From: a virus
Virus record (IMG/VR): IMGVR_UViG_3300028840_003497
Location: 32,001 to 96,000 of that record
Reading direction: 5' to 3' (one strand)
DNA length: 64,000 nucleotides
Within the stretch, counting starts at the first letter, position 1. Each line of letters starts with the position of its first letter. The notes below the pieces were generated by a model that was given only the letters and a program-made list of their open reading frames with translations, ran no database searches and was not told where the DNA came from. The position numbers and the translations under genes are program-made. Shown one piece after another: positions 63,886 to 64,000 of this stretch.

Positions 63886-64000
63886 GACCTTCTCCTTTTT
63901 CTAGTCGGCCATGTGATCCTCCTTTCGCAATAGAAGCGGATGCTCCCTACACGGCAATCTTAGCGCTTTCATCTGCCCCTCTACCTCGTGGGATTCTATT

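Noticed and set aside
63929-63985. Possible structured leader or riboswitch (UAGAGG..CAGAUG/CAUCCGCUUCUA)
   Set aside because: Imperfect stem at the window edge with no recognisable aptamer motif; cannot be evaluated

Overview
This 64-kb window is part of a large tailed bacteriophage genome with a T4-like head module, and essentially all coding is on the minus strand. The left part (1-20 kb) is the morphogenesis module: a structural fibre/decoration gene running off the left edge, neck proteins (gp14/gp13-like), major capsid (gp23-like), a prohead protease-scaffold fusion, core proteins, a portal with two inteins, a large terminase with one intein and a probable small terminase. The middle (20-55 kb) holds an SNF2-type helicase with an intein, many small accessory genes (RNase AS-like exonuclease, DUF5662 HD protein, MazG-like protein, DUF1643, secreted SGNH hydrolase, N-terminally altered Rnl2), a ParB-N DNA methyltransferase with an intein, RuvC-like, metallophosphoesterase, Cas4-like, DUF5131 and RtcB genes. 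The right part (55-64 kb) holds a resolvase-like gene, RecA with an intein, an ARPP-like gene coupled to a Ro/TROVE-like vWA gene, a GHKL ATPase, Hsp20 and tRNA-Ile. Two observations stand out. (1) Two related structured ncRNAs lie between a clean sigma70 promoter and the TROVE-like/ARPP-like pair, and one carries a complete tRNA mimic with a UUA anticodon inside a closing stem; this is a candidate phage Ro/Y-RNA-like ribonucleoprotein system. (2) A 16-bp palindrome, GCGAACTYRAGTTCGC, occurs 11 times across the window, often just upstream of ribosome-binding sites. Six inteins are present. All family calls are by eye from motifs; no database searches were run.
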